Assembly (NCBI RefSeq): GCF_000143415.4
Contig: NW_003314344.1
Span: forward strand, 795,279 to 859,278
Direction of reading: 5' to 3'
DNA: 64,000 nucleotides
Source of the DNA: Selaginella moellendorffii
Lineage: Eukaryota; Plantae; Lycopodiophyta
How positions within the stretch are numbered: position 1 is the stretch's first letter; each line of letters starts with the position of its first letter. Positions 39,002 to 51,000 of the stretch are shown here, in pieces. Both the position numbers and the translations under genes were made by a program. The notes under the pieces are model-generated. The model ran no database searches, was not told the origin of the DNA, and saw only the letters and a program-made list of their open reading frames with translations.

Positions 39002-40745
39002 TCAATGCCTCCATTTGGAAGAATGGCCGTCCTTCATGGGTGGCTCCACGAAACCTCTGAACTACCGTGCGAATAAAAAAAATGCTGTGTGTAGATCGTA
39101 TACCTGCTTTCCATCAGATGACCACCTTGCACCATATCCATCTTGTACACGGATCTCAAATATATGTGTTGACTGAGGAAGATGGTGTGTGTTCATCCAG
39201 GAAGCTTGATCAATAATTCGACACACCGCTTTCAACGCTACCTTGTTCTTTGCAGTTTCTAAGCAGAAAAGAGAAAGAAGGTATTTCCGTACTGAAAACA
39301 AGCAAAGAATAGAGCAGACCTGTTCCACTGCAAGCACCCCACCAGCCAGCAGAACTTCGATTCACATGTTTGGCCAACGCACGGCCTCCTACAGTGAGCT
39401 TACTGGAGGGTACCTGGCACGAAGCGAACTGTTAGCCAAGGCAAGTACAATTATACTTTTTACACTTTCTGAATTTCTCGCAAGAAAAGATGCGAGAAGA
39501 CGAGATCTCGGCGGTGGAAGGGCAGACACAAGTGTTCCTTTTGTTGCTCTTAGTCCAAGAAGTGACGCTACGCCTTCGACTTTGAGGCTCTGAGAGAAAG
39601 AGTTTGTTATTCGACCGAGACAAACTCAAGCAACTCTTACGCACTTGCAGCAGCGCAGTGACAGCGTTGCGAGGCTGGATTGGTTGGGAGACATGAAGTG
39701 CCAAAACACCGAGAGCTTCAGTTTCCCTGGAGTAGAAACCACGGTAGATGCCAATGCCTACATCAAGAAAATCTTGACAAGCAATCGACCGGTTTCATGA
39801 GCTACCTTCTTCCACGCTTTCAATACCAGGAAGGACGTTCTCAAGCCCTTCCGTTTCCAGCATGTCCTGAAAGCTTTCGTATGCCCGAACGTCCTGCAGA
39901 AGGGGATATAGACATATGAACACTATCATCGGCATTTACTGACCTTCGTTTCCATAATCAGAACCCCGTTAAAGAGGAGATAATCTCCAGGGCGGATTCT
40001 ACACAGAAAAAAGGCAAAAGAAGAGAAAACTGTGTACTCAAGAGTATGTTACTGCCACACCTTGAATAGAAACCAGTTGCGCACCTCCCTTCCACTATCT
40101 TCGATCCATCTAGAGTGGTCAAAACAATGAAAGAAAACAAGGCATGAGAATGCGATACACTAAAAAAAACACATCGCACCTCGCAGTTGAGACAGGAACC
40201 TGTCTTGGACGTGTAGTCGAAACCTTACGCCGTGAAAGGCCTTGAATGAACAAGCAGCAATCAGCTTAGCTAAGTTACGAGGAAAAGCACAGACCTCCGC
40301 CAGAGGAGCAAGGTGTTGCTTCACCCGAGCGTGAAACTCGCGTTTCCTGTCTCGTTGATCCTCGCCCTCTTCAAGCTCCGACGCATTATCCAAGACCGGG
40401 GTCTTGGAATCCTCGAGGGAGCGACACAAGTTCGCAGCCAGCTGCTTGTAGAGTGGATACGCAGGAACTCCTTCGATACAAGCCTTGTCGAGATCAACTG
40501 AAGCACAAATTTCGATTTTTCCCAGCTAGAGATAGAAAGAACGAAGGCAAACCTTGGCAGCAAGAGCGAACAAGCTCGAGCTCATCCTCCAAGCAATCTG
40601 GCTCCTGGTCGACGCAAGGATCAGCGGCAAGTAGCGCCTGGGCGAATGAAGGAGGAAGAAGCGATCCATCTCCACCTCCAGCCGCTTCGTCGAGAATCCC
40701 CTTGAGCCACAGCGCCACGAACGAGCGAAATGTGGCTTCTTCCAT
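39002..40745 (-). CDS. RNA-binding ASCH-domain protein with extra C-terminal domain; multi-exon
   Basis: FRLHVQDRFLSQLR/DGSKIVEGRCATG (ASCH GxKxxExR motif), YESFQDMLETEGLENVLPG, GIYRGFYS; C-terminus LTVGGRALAKHVNRSSAGWWG..IFEIRVQDGYGARWSSDGKQ/FRGFVEPPMKDGHSSKWRH*. Confidence 0.85.
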
Positions 40746-40853
40746 AACCAAAAAGCCCTAAAAGTACTTTAAAAAGCAATCTAAGTATAAAAAATAGCTT
40801 AATTGCCAAAACCCCGGAAGGATAATACCCTTTTAGGGCAAAAGGGCTGCGCT
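40746..40853. promoter_or_regulatory. 108-bp divergent intergenic region with an inverted 10-mer pair
   Basis: Divergent ATGs at 40745 and 40854; GCCCTAAAAG (40755-40764) and CTTTTAGGGC (40830-40839). Confidence 0.6.
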
Positions 40854-42130
40854 ATGGCGGGAGGGCGGCGGCTCCAGTGCAAGGCCGAGAATCCCGAGTG
40901 TGCGCTGAGCAATGGCAGCAGCGTCCTGCTCCTCGGTGCTATGCCGCTCCTCCGCTGCGACGTTTGCTGCGCGGAGCCGGGATTTTGCCCCCAATGCAAG
41001 TGCATCCTGTGCAGCCGCGCCATCGCGGAGGGGCAGGACGAGTGGATCCAGTGCCTCCAGAGGGTGAGCGCCAGCGGCGGCTACTGCGGCCACTCCGTGC
41101 ATCTCGAGTGCGCGATCCAGTGCCGATTGGCGGGAGTGGTGGTGGAGAGCGGGCTGGATGTGGAGTATCTGTGCCGGAGGTGTGACAGGACCACGGATTT
41201 GCTGTCCCGCGTCTCTCTTCTCGTCCAGGCGGTGGCGGCGGCTCCCAGCAAGCAGCTGGCCGAGGGGAATGCCAAGCTCGCGTCCAGGCTTGTCACCAAC
41301 ACTCGTCGTGCCGGGCTCAAGAGGCTCGAGACGCTCGTCAGCACCATTCTCGTCAAGGTACCACCATAGCTAAGTTTTTCTTCCTCGTTTGATGAGATGG
41401 GTGTGTTTCTACCTCTAGGCCGAGAATGGTGACGACATACAAGCCGTTTTGACGCGGATGTGTAACGATCCATGCAATGGAAACTCGAATCACGTCGGTA
41501 AGAGGACTCGACTCGTCCTTCTCGACGAGGATGTAACTCCACCCGCTTGGTTTTCCCCTTGTAGATTCTGGAGCTCCAGGCGAGGCTAGCAACTCGGAGC
41601 GAGATCCAGAGCCCGAGCGTGGAGACAAGATGGATTTGGCTGTTCCGGCAGAAGAAGCTATGGCGGTTGATACTTCCTCGGCTCCTCCGGCTCCTTCACC
41701 CTTGGACGAAGATGGTGCCGTTTGTGCACTCTCCAAAGCTCTCGTCCTCACTCCACAGCCTGGCGAGGTCGTCCCCCCGGCGAACTCCTTGATCCCGCAG
41801 TACCAGTTAGAGATTGATCGCGCGCTGGAAGGCCTCAAGCGCGCTCAAGAGCAAGAGTACGCGACCGCCAGGGAGAAGCTGACGAAACAGATGGATCGCA
41901 TCCTGAAGCAGTACCAGCAACTGGAATCCGACAAGTCGCTGCTGCCGCCACCGTCCAACTCGTCCAAGCAATCGCTGGAGAGCTACGACGCCTTCATGGA
42001 GAGGGCGCTCCAGCAACTTTCCGGCCTGAAGAAGGACCGCGACGAGTTTGAGGCGATGCTACGCATCAGCCAGGGATTCGGACGTGTGCCCAAGGAGTTA
42101 CTACGCAGCTCTTTCAACTGGCCCGACTAG
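40854..42130 (+). CDS. OBERON-type PHD finger + coiled-coil protein; about 3 exons
   Basis: CDVCCAEPGFCPQCKCILC..WIQC..CGHSVHLECA..LDVEYLCRRCDRTTDL; C-terminal coiled coil EIDRALEGLKRAQEQEY..MLRISQGFG. Confidence 0.85.
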
Positions 42131-42531
42131 GCGGCCACGTGGCGTCCACGGTGGCCGGGTGGTGCGTCGTCTTCTTTCAGCGAGCACACAAAGCCCAGGC
42201 GCAAGGCACAGGGAAAGCGAGAGAAAGCAAAGCAGGGCCAGGGAAGAGGCGGAACTACATCCTTTTTCCATGCATTGTTCTAGCGTAGTAGCAGCCAAGG
42301 TTAGCGCAAGTGACGGTCGAGGAGGTGCTAGCCAGGGGACGGGGGAGGGGCGGAGGAGGAGGAGGAAGCGGAGGTGGTGGTGGTGGCGGAGGCTTTGTCG
42401 GACCCCTCTTAGCACCTGGGGCCGTTATAGTACCGGGGCCGCGGCCGGCCCCCAAGGGGGGCCGCTGGCGGGTGCTTGGTCGTGCCACCAACGCTACCAC
42501 CACTGGCAAGGCCAAGGCAAAGACTTGCGAC

Positions 42532-43447
42532 ATGGATGGCGATGGAGATGCTTGTAACAGCAGTCACCGGAACCATAAGTCTGCAGCGCCGGTCGCTCCC
42601 TCCACTTCGTCCTCCTCTTCTGCTTCCTCGTCAACTCCCAAGCGCCAGCAATCAGGTACGGGGGATATCTAAATCTCTGGAATGGTTTCTCATTTCTTTC
42701 TCTTCATCGCCAGATAATCCAGACGAGGATGAGTCGCGTACCGAGTACTCGTGTCCTTATTGCTACGAAGATTACGACGTTGCTGTCCTTTGTTCGCATT
42801 TAGAAGACGAGCACTGCTATGAGTCTAAGGTTGCAGTAAGTGCCTTTAGTTTCTGTGCGTTTGGTATGTGCTGCTGTCCTGTGTTTCCTTAGATTTTTTC
42901 TTTTCTTTCTCTTGTTTATTGCAAGCGATGTGCTAAGTTCATCTAGCTTCAGGTCTGTCCGATCTGTGGAACCAAAGTTTGGAAAGACATGGCCGGCCAC
43001 ATAATGCTAGACCACAGTCAGCTTTTCAAGATATCCTTTCAAACGTTTTGAAACACGAACAAAATCAGATAATTCTCCTTGACTACACATCCACATCCAG
43101 AGACGGCGGCGTTTTCGAAGATCAGGAGCACTAGCATCAAACGCAACTTTGGCTTTGCTCACCAAGGAACTTAGAGAGATCCATCTGCAAGCGTTGTTAG
43201 GCCCTCCACCGCCCAGTAACACAGTGGATCCGTTCCTCACCACGCTCTCTGATAGCTCGCACGCAAGCCAATCTTCACACAAAAGGTATGGCATTACCTC
43301 GTGGTTGTCTTGGTTCTAATCTTCCTCTCCAAACACAGGCTGGAGGTTGCAGCTTTGTCCCCGGAGGAGCAGTGCGACAAACTGAAGGAAGCAAACTTGC
43401 GAGTCAAATTCATGCAAGAGCTTGTCATTTCCACTCTTTTCAACTGA
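42532..43447 (+). CDS. DI19: Dehydration-induced 19 (Di19) zinc-finger protein; 5 exons
   Basis: YSCPYCYEDYDVAVLCSHLEDEH, VCPICGTKV..MAGHIMLDH..FK/IQRRRR, DPFLTTL, RVKFMQELVISTLFN*. Confidence 0.9.
43031..43094 (+). other. U12-type (minor spliceosome) AT-AC intron
   Basis: 5' site ATATCCTTT, branch site TCCTTGAC (43076-43083), 3' CAC; removal restores LFK|IQRRRRF. Confidence 0.9.
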
Positions 43448-43456
43448 AAGTTTTCT

Positions 43457-46400
43457 TCAGAAACCATCGACTTGGCTGCTTTGTGATTCCGCGTCCGCGT
43501 GAAGTGGTCGAGTGCAAACTTGCTTGAGAACGTCGTTCAACCCGCGCTGGCACCTGCAAAGCACAGAATCTCAACAACAAAGAACGAAAGAAAAGAACCA
43601 AGGTTGGCGACGTTACCTCCATGGCATATGATCCAGGAACATCGAGGGAGACACCACGAGGTCCCGGAAATCATCTCGGTCTCTCAGGATCGCTCGGTGC
43701 TGTTTCTTCCTCCGCGCAAACCAAGACGAAGACGCGCCTGGTGCCTCGTCTGGAACACGAACCAGATGAATGACCAAGCCCGGCATCACGAGCTCCACCG
43801 GCCATATCTCTTGCAAGTCCGACCCCGGCTTGAATCCTACGAGACCATTCTCGCCTTGGCCCGGGATCCCATTGCTAAGCAGCTCGCCACTCACTACACC
43901 TCGGAGAAACTCGCCACAAGAACCGAGTTCGTCACCTCGGACATCACCTCGGACATCTCGGGCATCTCGGGTCTTGGAGATTTTATCTCGAGATCCTGCA
44001 TCCAGGGAAGCAACCATCCCGTCAGAACCGTTCTCGTCAACCGTAACCTCCCCGGATACCACCTTGGTCACCTCTAGCTTACCACCGTTACCATTAACAC
44101 TACCATTGGCCGTGGAAACAACCGGCCTTCCCATTACCACGGTCGAGCTGCCATGAGCGCCCTTGGGCATGCCCATGACACAGTGACAAGCATGGTAGCA
44201 AAGAAAGGCTCCACCTTTGAGCTTGTGGCCGCATTTGCCACGCTTGTACTGCGTTGCTCCACCGGGACTTGGATTGGAGTCTTCGTTAGTGGCTCCTCCA
44301 TTGGAAGTTTTGCCAGTGGCCACTCCATTGGAAGCTTTGCCTCGCCTCCATGAGCCGAAGAGCCTTCTGGCCACTCTCGCTATCACTGCCGACTCGGAGG
44401 TGTCCGAGTCCGCTGCTAGAGCTCGAAGCGAGGCCGCGCGGAGCCTCATTAGCGAAGCCACGGACATCCTCGATGCAAACTCGTCGTTATACACAACACT
44501 AAAAGGTGGTGGACGGTCAGGGCAGGATGAAAGAAACTTTCGGCCTACCTTGTTACAAATGGTGAGCACGCTTCTGCGATAACAGCGTCGACACAGGGAA
44601 GAACGCCATATCCGTAAGTGTGTAAGTTTGGAAAGCGGTGCCATAGCTGCTCGAAAAAGAGAAAGAGATTGAAAAAGAAGAGAGGAAAAACTCAAGCATA
44701 CGTACCATCATTCCTGCCATAGCAGCAATCGATCCACCCAGCGAGTGTCCGGTAAATCTCAAAGAAAAGCCTTCACACTTCCCACCGGGACCGAGTATGG
44801 AAGTCAGAAAACCAGTTTTTTTCGATGATCCAGAGCTGCCTGCTAAAGAAATGAAAAAACAAACTTAAACATGAGCAAAGAGTTTTCTTTCGAAACCTGA
44901 AAGCTCGGGATTATCTTCAGGGCTGTCCAGCTCGAAGGCAAGCTCTCTGGCCGCCGCCACCACACCGGCATGGCCATAGTGAGGATTTGACGACGAGATT
45001 TCACGCTTTGCTGTGTCAGACAAATGACCAGACCTGCGTAGAGTATCAAACTTGTAGGGAATGAGAGCGAGAGCACTACTTACATGAACAATCCTTGAAA
45101 ATCAGTGTCGGCAAGGATGCATTCACGTCCCAGGCCATCTGTGAGAAGATCCTCCGGTGTTTCAGTCCCACGAACAGCGACAACAACCAACTTGAGTTCC
45201 TTCAACTCAATCACGAAGTAGACTGTCTCTCGGTTTCTCTGAAATAGTGAGTGACCAAGTCAGCTCGCGGGAAACTTCTGACGCTACAAACATCAAAACC
45301 TGGTGAATCCTTCCTTTCAAGAGCGCCTCGGCTGGGAGGCGAGCAGCACGAAGGAACGCAGTCGCATGGCCTCGCCACCAATTATCACCGTCGACACTCG
45401 GGCTCCTGCAAGCCAAAGCTTAGTTAGCTGTTTCTCGGAGACGAAAGAAAAACTCGAGCTACCTTCTGCGGTTCCATAAGCTGAGGAGTCCTTGCCGGTA
45501 CATCCAAGCACAGGGAAAGAGTAGCGGTGTGCGTCCAATGTCCAGCAATGGTCCCTGGGAAGATCAGCAAGAGAACCCTTTGAAGCTGAGAGCATTGTTT
45601 TGACAATCGCAAACCGTGTACGCAGCCACGGCATATGGATGGAGAAGAGCAGCTTCTGTGACCAGAGGACCGGGAGCCGGAGGGAGATCTTTCGGAACTG
45701 GAGGCTTGGACTTGCGAGTTCTCAGAAGAGCAACACCTGTAGAAACAAAGAAAGATAATTTAAAAACTTGCTTGCAAGTTCTATCCATGAATCTTTACCA
45801 GCGAGAAACTCGAGATGGCTTGCACCGGCAGCACGGTATGCAACGAGATCGCCTAAAAGTGCTGCCACCGTATCAACCTCGTCTTCATCCATGGTTGTCC
45901 TGGAGATTCATTCACAAGTACTGGATGAGCACACAAGAAAAAAGCGATTTTTCTTTCGCGACTCACAGATATCTCGATCGCCCAAGGCAGCAAAGCAGCT
46001 CTCGAATGCCGCGATCGAAAATCTCGCGGTAGTGAGCGCGCCATGCCTCGTGTTGCATCTCGTAGAGCGACCTCCAAGAGAGCACGTCCGAGCCAACGCA
46101 ACACTGTGCCAAGACGAGCAGCCATGTAGCGATGGGAAGGATGACAAGCGTGTCTCGCAACAATGCCGCCGCGTCAGGGCCTGTGACACGAGAGAGAGAA
46201 GATCCTATAGAGCTAGAACAAAGAGAAGAACACAGTGCTTGATCCTTACCAGGAAAGCAAAAGGATGAACGACCGTTCCTCACAGCCAAGATGGTCAAGT
46301 AGCAAGCTCCTCCTGTTTGGAAGGAGGTGACAAGAACACCAAATCGTCCCCACCATAGCCACCTTCGATACCAAGTCTGTGCTCGAGCAAGAGCACAAGG

Positions 46401-46839
46401 AAGAAAAAAGAGATGAGAATCCACATTGCTTGTTTCTTACCCGTCTCCCAATCCTGATCGCCGCGCTGGTGGCGCCGCTCGTCCTCCTCCGAGAAGCTGG
46501 GACGTGCTCCTCGGCGATCATGGTAACCGCGGTGGCGGCCTGGCACAAGCCAGTGCCCACCACCCAAGCCACTCGCGCGCAAGCGCCGCTAGCAACCAGC
46601 GCCACCGCCACTAGCAGCGATCGTGGGCAGCCGCTGGAGGAGGACGACACCACAGCCATTGCGGTGCCCAGCGCGGAGATGCCCAAGTGGAGCACCAGCG
46701 TGACCACCACCAGCGCCCGGAGCGATCGCAGGAAGCGGCAGCATCCCTTTGACGAGTGGAGGATTTGCTCATCGCCACCGCCGCCACCCTCGTCCTCCTC
46801 CTGGCGCTCCTCGTGGTGGTGGCGGTGGGCATCGGCCAT
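43457..46839 (-). CDS. Lipase class 3 / sn1-diacylglycerol-lipase-like alpha/beta hydrolase; multi-exon
   Basis: N-terminal TM helices; GSDVLSWRSLYE..AW; VAVRGTETPEDLLTDGL; FTGHSLGG nucleophile elbow; VVYNDEFASRMSVASLMRLR; MFLDHMPW. Confidence 0.88.
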
Positions 46840-46983
46840 GGCGGCGGAGGGTGACGGGCAGCCCGAGAAAGCAGCATCGCTGGGCTCTGTTTCACATTTC
46901 CTGGCGCGGTCCACGACCTGGATGCTTCCAATTGGCGATGTGGGTTGGAGGTTAATCGTCCTCCACTTTTATCACGGGGGCCT

Positions 46984-47554
46984 TTATTGGATGTTTATTT
47001 CTTCTCGACTTGGTCGCTGGAACGTAAAGAAGATCTCCTCCAAGCTTTTATGGAAGATCTCTTTCTTTTTTCTTTCCACTCTCTCGCACAGGATCACACC
47101 TGGAAGTGGGAGCAGTGTTGTCGAGTCCTGCGACACAGTCGAAAGCGTCTGGTTGAGGCTGTTCCAGTAAGTGCCATGATCGAGATCCGCCAGCGTTTGG
47201 TTGACTGGAATGGATTCCTCGCTGAGAGTAGCTTCACGCCCTGCGCTCCTGCTGCTACCATCGCCACCACCACCGCCCAGACGATCACAACTTCCTTCTC
47301 TCATCGATTGAAGAGCTCTGGAAACAAAGCAAGCACAAGTTAGAGTAACAAAGACACAACAGCAAGCTTACCTTTTCCTTGTGATGAATCGCTTCCGCCC
47401 GATCACACATAGCTACAAAAAAGCACAATTGGAATGTTAGAATGTGGAAGATCATATTGACACGTACCTGATGAGAGAGATCATAGATGAAACTTCCATC
47501 TTTTCCTGGTGTCCTGGATTTTTGAGGCTTGTACAAGGAAGTAGAATCTTCCAC
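46984..47554 (-). CDS. Small uncharacterised spliced gene (at least 3 exons; start uncertain)
   Basis: Two GT-AG introns (47413-47467 and 47318-47371) join into one open frame ..SFIYDLSHQ|LCVIGRKRFITRK|RALQSMREG..EEINIQ*. No family recognised. Confidence 0.4.
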
Positions 47555-47722
47555 CTTGTGATTGTGTCAATCTCGGATGTTAAGCATAAACCAAAACGGC
47601 TTCCAGCTTAAGTTGCTTCTTGCCACCACCCCTCGAGAACAGGCCTCTTACGTTACTCCACAGATGGATGGGCCGGACGTTGCCCATAAAAGGAGCTTGC
47701 TCGCTCCAGAGAAGAGCAAACA

Positions 47723-48080
47723 ATGCAGCCTTCCAAACCATTGTTGCTGCTGTTTGTGCTCATCAGATCGACTGTTGCTGCTGCTGCTGCTCATTCTCTG
47801 GACATCCGATCCGTGCTCGAGGCCAGCGATGGAAGCACAAGCATCGGTTTCAGTGTCGTTCACAGGGATGCACCCAGGTCCAAGCTGAGAGACGAGAAGC
47901 TTGCACTAGAGCTTGATTCCGAGTCTTCTCCCACGCACCGTGATGCTGCCTTCAAAGATGTCATCCAGTACGTTCAAGCGCGGCAGGCTCGAGTAGCAAA
48001 ACATCGTCGAAGTAAGCATCACCACCGCCACCACCACCATCACCAGCATCGTAACCATGGAAAAAACGCTGTGACCGGGT
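47723..48080 (+). pseudogene. Signal peptide + prosegment fragment resembling a plant A1 aspartic protease; no catalytic domain
   Basis: MQPSKPLLLLFVLI..HSLDIRSVL..IGFSVVHRDAPRS..QARQARV; no DTG motif follows, and the sequence switches to PDR coding. Confidence 0.5.
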
Positions 48081-48095
48081 TTCGAAAAACTTTCA

Positions 48096-51000
48096 AAGCT
48101 CGATGTCGAGCACAAGCAGAGGATTGTGCAGACGATCATTGGGATTGGCGAAGAAGACAACGAGCTGTTCTTGTCCAAGCTACGGGATAGGATTGACAGG
48201 TATCTCTCGCTCCTGTTTTTGCTTGACTTTTCAAACTAAGATCTCCTACTCTTGTCCAGGGTCGGCTTAAAAGATTGAAGTTCGTTTCAAACACCTTCAT
48301 GTCGTTGGACGCGTTCACGGTGGAAGCAGGGCTTTGCCAACGCTATGGAACACAACACTCAACTGGATAGAGGTTTTAACTCATCTGCCTGTGTCCGATG
48401 TTTCTCAAATCTGCATGCTGCAGAGCATACTGGACATGGTGCGCCTTGTCCCCACCAGGAAAAGATCCCTTACCGTCCTAAACAACATTAGCGGGATAAT
48501 AAAACCATCGAGGTCGGTTTCATGTCCATCTCTTTCCTTGCGTAAATCGGGAGCTTTTCCAGGATAACGCTGCTCCTTGGACCTCCCGGATCTGGAAGAA
48601 GCACATTTCTTCTCGCTCTTTCTGGGAAGCTCAGCGATGACTTGAAGGTCAGACTGAAATGGACCATATTGCACTGCCTAAACTTTAGAATTTGCAGGTA
48701 ACTGGAAGTGTTACCTACAATGGTCATGAATTACACGAGTTTGTGCCTCAACGAACTGCTTCATACACCAGTCAAAATGACGTACACCTGGACGAACTGA
48801 CAGTACGGGAGACATTTGACTTCTCATCGCGCTGTCAAGGTGTTGGCTCTTCATACGGTCGGTATGTTGTTGCTACTAGCTCTACAAACTCCAACTTCTC
48901 TTGCCTGCAACGCAGAAATGTTATCTGAACTGGCCAAGCGTGAGAGAGCAGCAGGAATCAAGCCAGATCCAGATATCGATGCGTTTATGAAAGTATGTGA
49001 TGTTCTGCTCGTGATCCTGACCTGGATTTGTGCTGGCATTTGCAGGCCTCAGCCATTCAAGGCCAAAGAACAAGTATAGTTTCCGACTATGTTCTCAAGG
49101 TACTCTTGTTTTTTTGTTGAGAATGTTCTCAAATTGTATCAACTTATAGATTCTGGGTCTCGACATTTGCGGAGACATCTTTGTGGGGAATGACATGTTG
49201 AGAGGAATTTCCGGAGGTCAGAAGAAAAGAGTCACTACAGGTACTTTATCTTCTTGTTTAGTTTTCTTAATAGCAAAGGTTATAATTGTGCCCAGGGGAG
49301 ATGCTTGTTGGGCCCGTAAAAGCATTTTTCATGGACGAGATTTCTACTGGTCTGGACAGCTCAACAACTTATCAGATTGTCAAGTGTCTCAAGCAATCCG
49401 TTCATGCAACGAGTGGCACTATGGTCATCTCATTACTGCAGCCGGCGCCTGAAACATATGATCTGTTTGACGACGTTATTCTCTTGTCCGAGGGCCAAAT
49501 CGTATACCAAGGACCTCGTACTAATGTTCTTGAATTCTTCGAGGCTCAGGGATTCCGATGTCCAGAAAGAAAAGGCGTCGCTGATTTCCTACAAGAGGTC
49601 TGACTTTAGACTTGGTTTTAAGCTCTACTCACTAGTTCATGCATCAGGTGACTTCGAGAAAAGATCAAAGTCAATACTGGGCATTGGATGAGCCATATTC
49701 ATACGTCTCCGTGGAGGACTTCGTTGAAGCGTTTAAAAAATTTAGCGTGGGTCAGCAACTTGTATCGGAGTTATCACGACCGTTTGACAAGTCAACCAGC
49801 CATCCCGCGGCTCTGGTTACCGAGAAATTCTCATTAACAAACTGGGAACTGTTTCAGGCATGCCTTGCCAGAGAATGGCTGTTGATGAGAAGAAACTCGT
49901 TCCTCTTCATTTTCAAGGCTATACAGGTAACAACTATTGTTTTTTTTTTTTTTTTGCTTTTTATCTCCCAATATTCAACATTCTTATCTCTTTTCCAGAT
50001 TAGCATTGTTTCAGTCATCGGGATGACAGTCTTTTTGCGTACCGAAATGCATCATGAAACCGTCGGGGATGGAAACAAGTACCTTGGTGCTTTGTTTTAT
50101 GGCCTGCTCAACGTAGCCTTCAATGGGATGGCTGAAATGGCCATGACCGTCGTCTATCTTCCAGTTTTCTACAAGCAGAGAGACCTCTTGTTCTATCCTG
50201 CTTGGGCGTATGCACTGCCAGTCATACTTTTGAAAATCCCGGTGTCTGTTATGGACTCTGCAATATGGACCGTCATCACTTACTATGTTATAGGCTTTGC
50301 ACCAGAGGCTAGCAGGTAACTGTTTTCTTTACCTGATGGTTGATTTGCCTACACGGCTATTGCAGGTTTTTCAAGCAGTTCCTCCTCTTCATTTGTCTCC
50401 ATATTATGTCGCTGGGATTGTTTCGCATGGTTGGCGCACTGTCTCGAACTATAGTTGTGGCAAACACTCTAGGCTCTTTCCAGTTCCTGCTTATGTGCGC
50501 ACTAGGAGGCTTTATCTTGTCCAGAGGTAAACATTGTTGGTCGCTTTTCCTTCTCGCTCAGCAAGAATTTTTGTGCAGAGAACATTCCAAATTGGCTAAC
50601 TTGGGGTTACTGGAGTACACCGCTGTCTTATGCGCAGAATGCACTCTCTGCCAACGAGTTTCTTGCCCATCGCTGGCAAAGAGTACATGTTTCTTTGCTG
50701 CTGTTTGTTGTGTTGCTCACCAAAACTTTCGTTGTAGCCTTCTAATTCTTCAGATACTGTTGGAGTTGCTTTCCTTAAATCTCGTGGATTATTTACGAAC
50801 GAGTATTGGTATTGGATTGGCGTTGGAGCTTTGCTTGGGTTCGGAGCTGTGTACAATTTCCTGTACATTGTCGCATTAAGCTATCTTGATCGTAAGTTCT
50901 TTCTTGCGTGTAGTGCAAGTTGCTAACTTGCTGTTTCTGATACCAGCTTTCGAAAATTCTCGGGGAGCTATTTCGGAGGAAAAGACTAAAGACAAAGACA

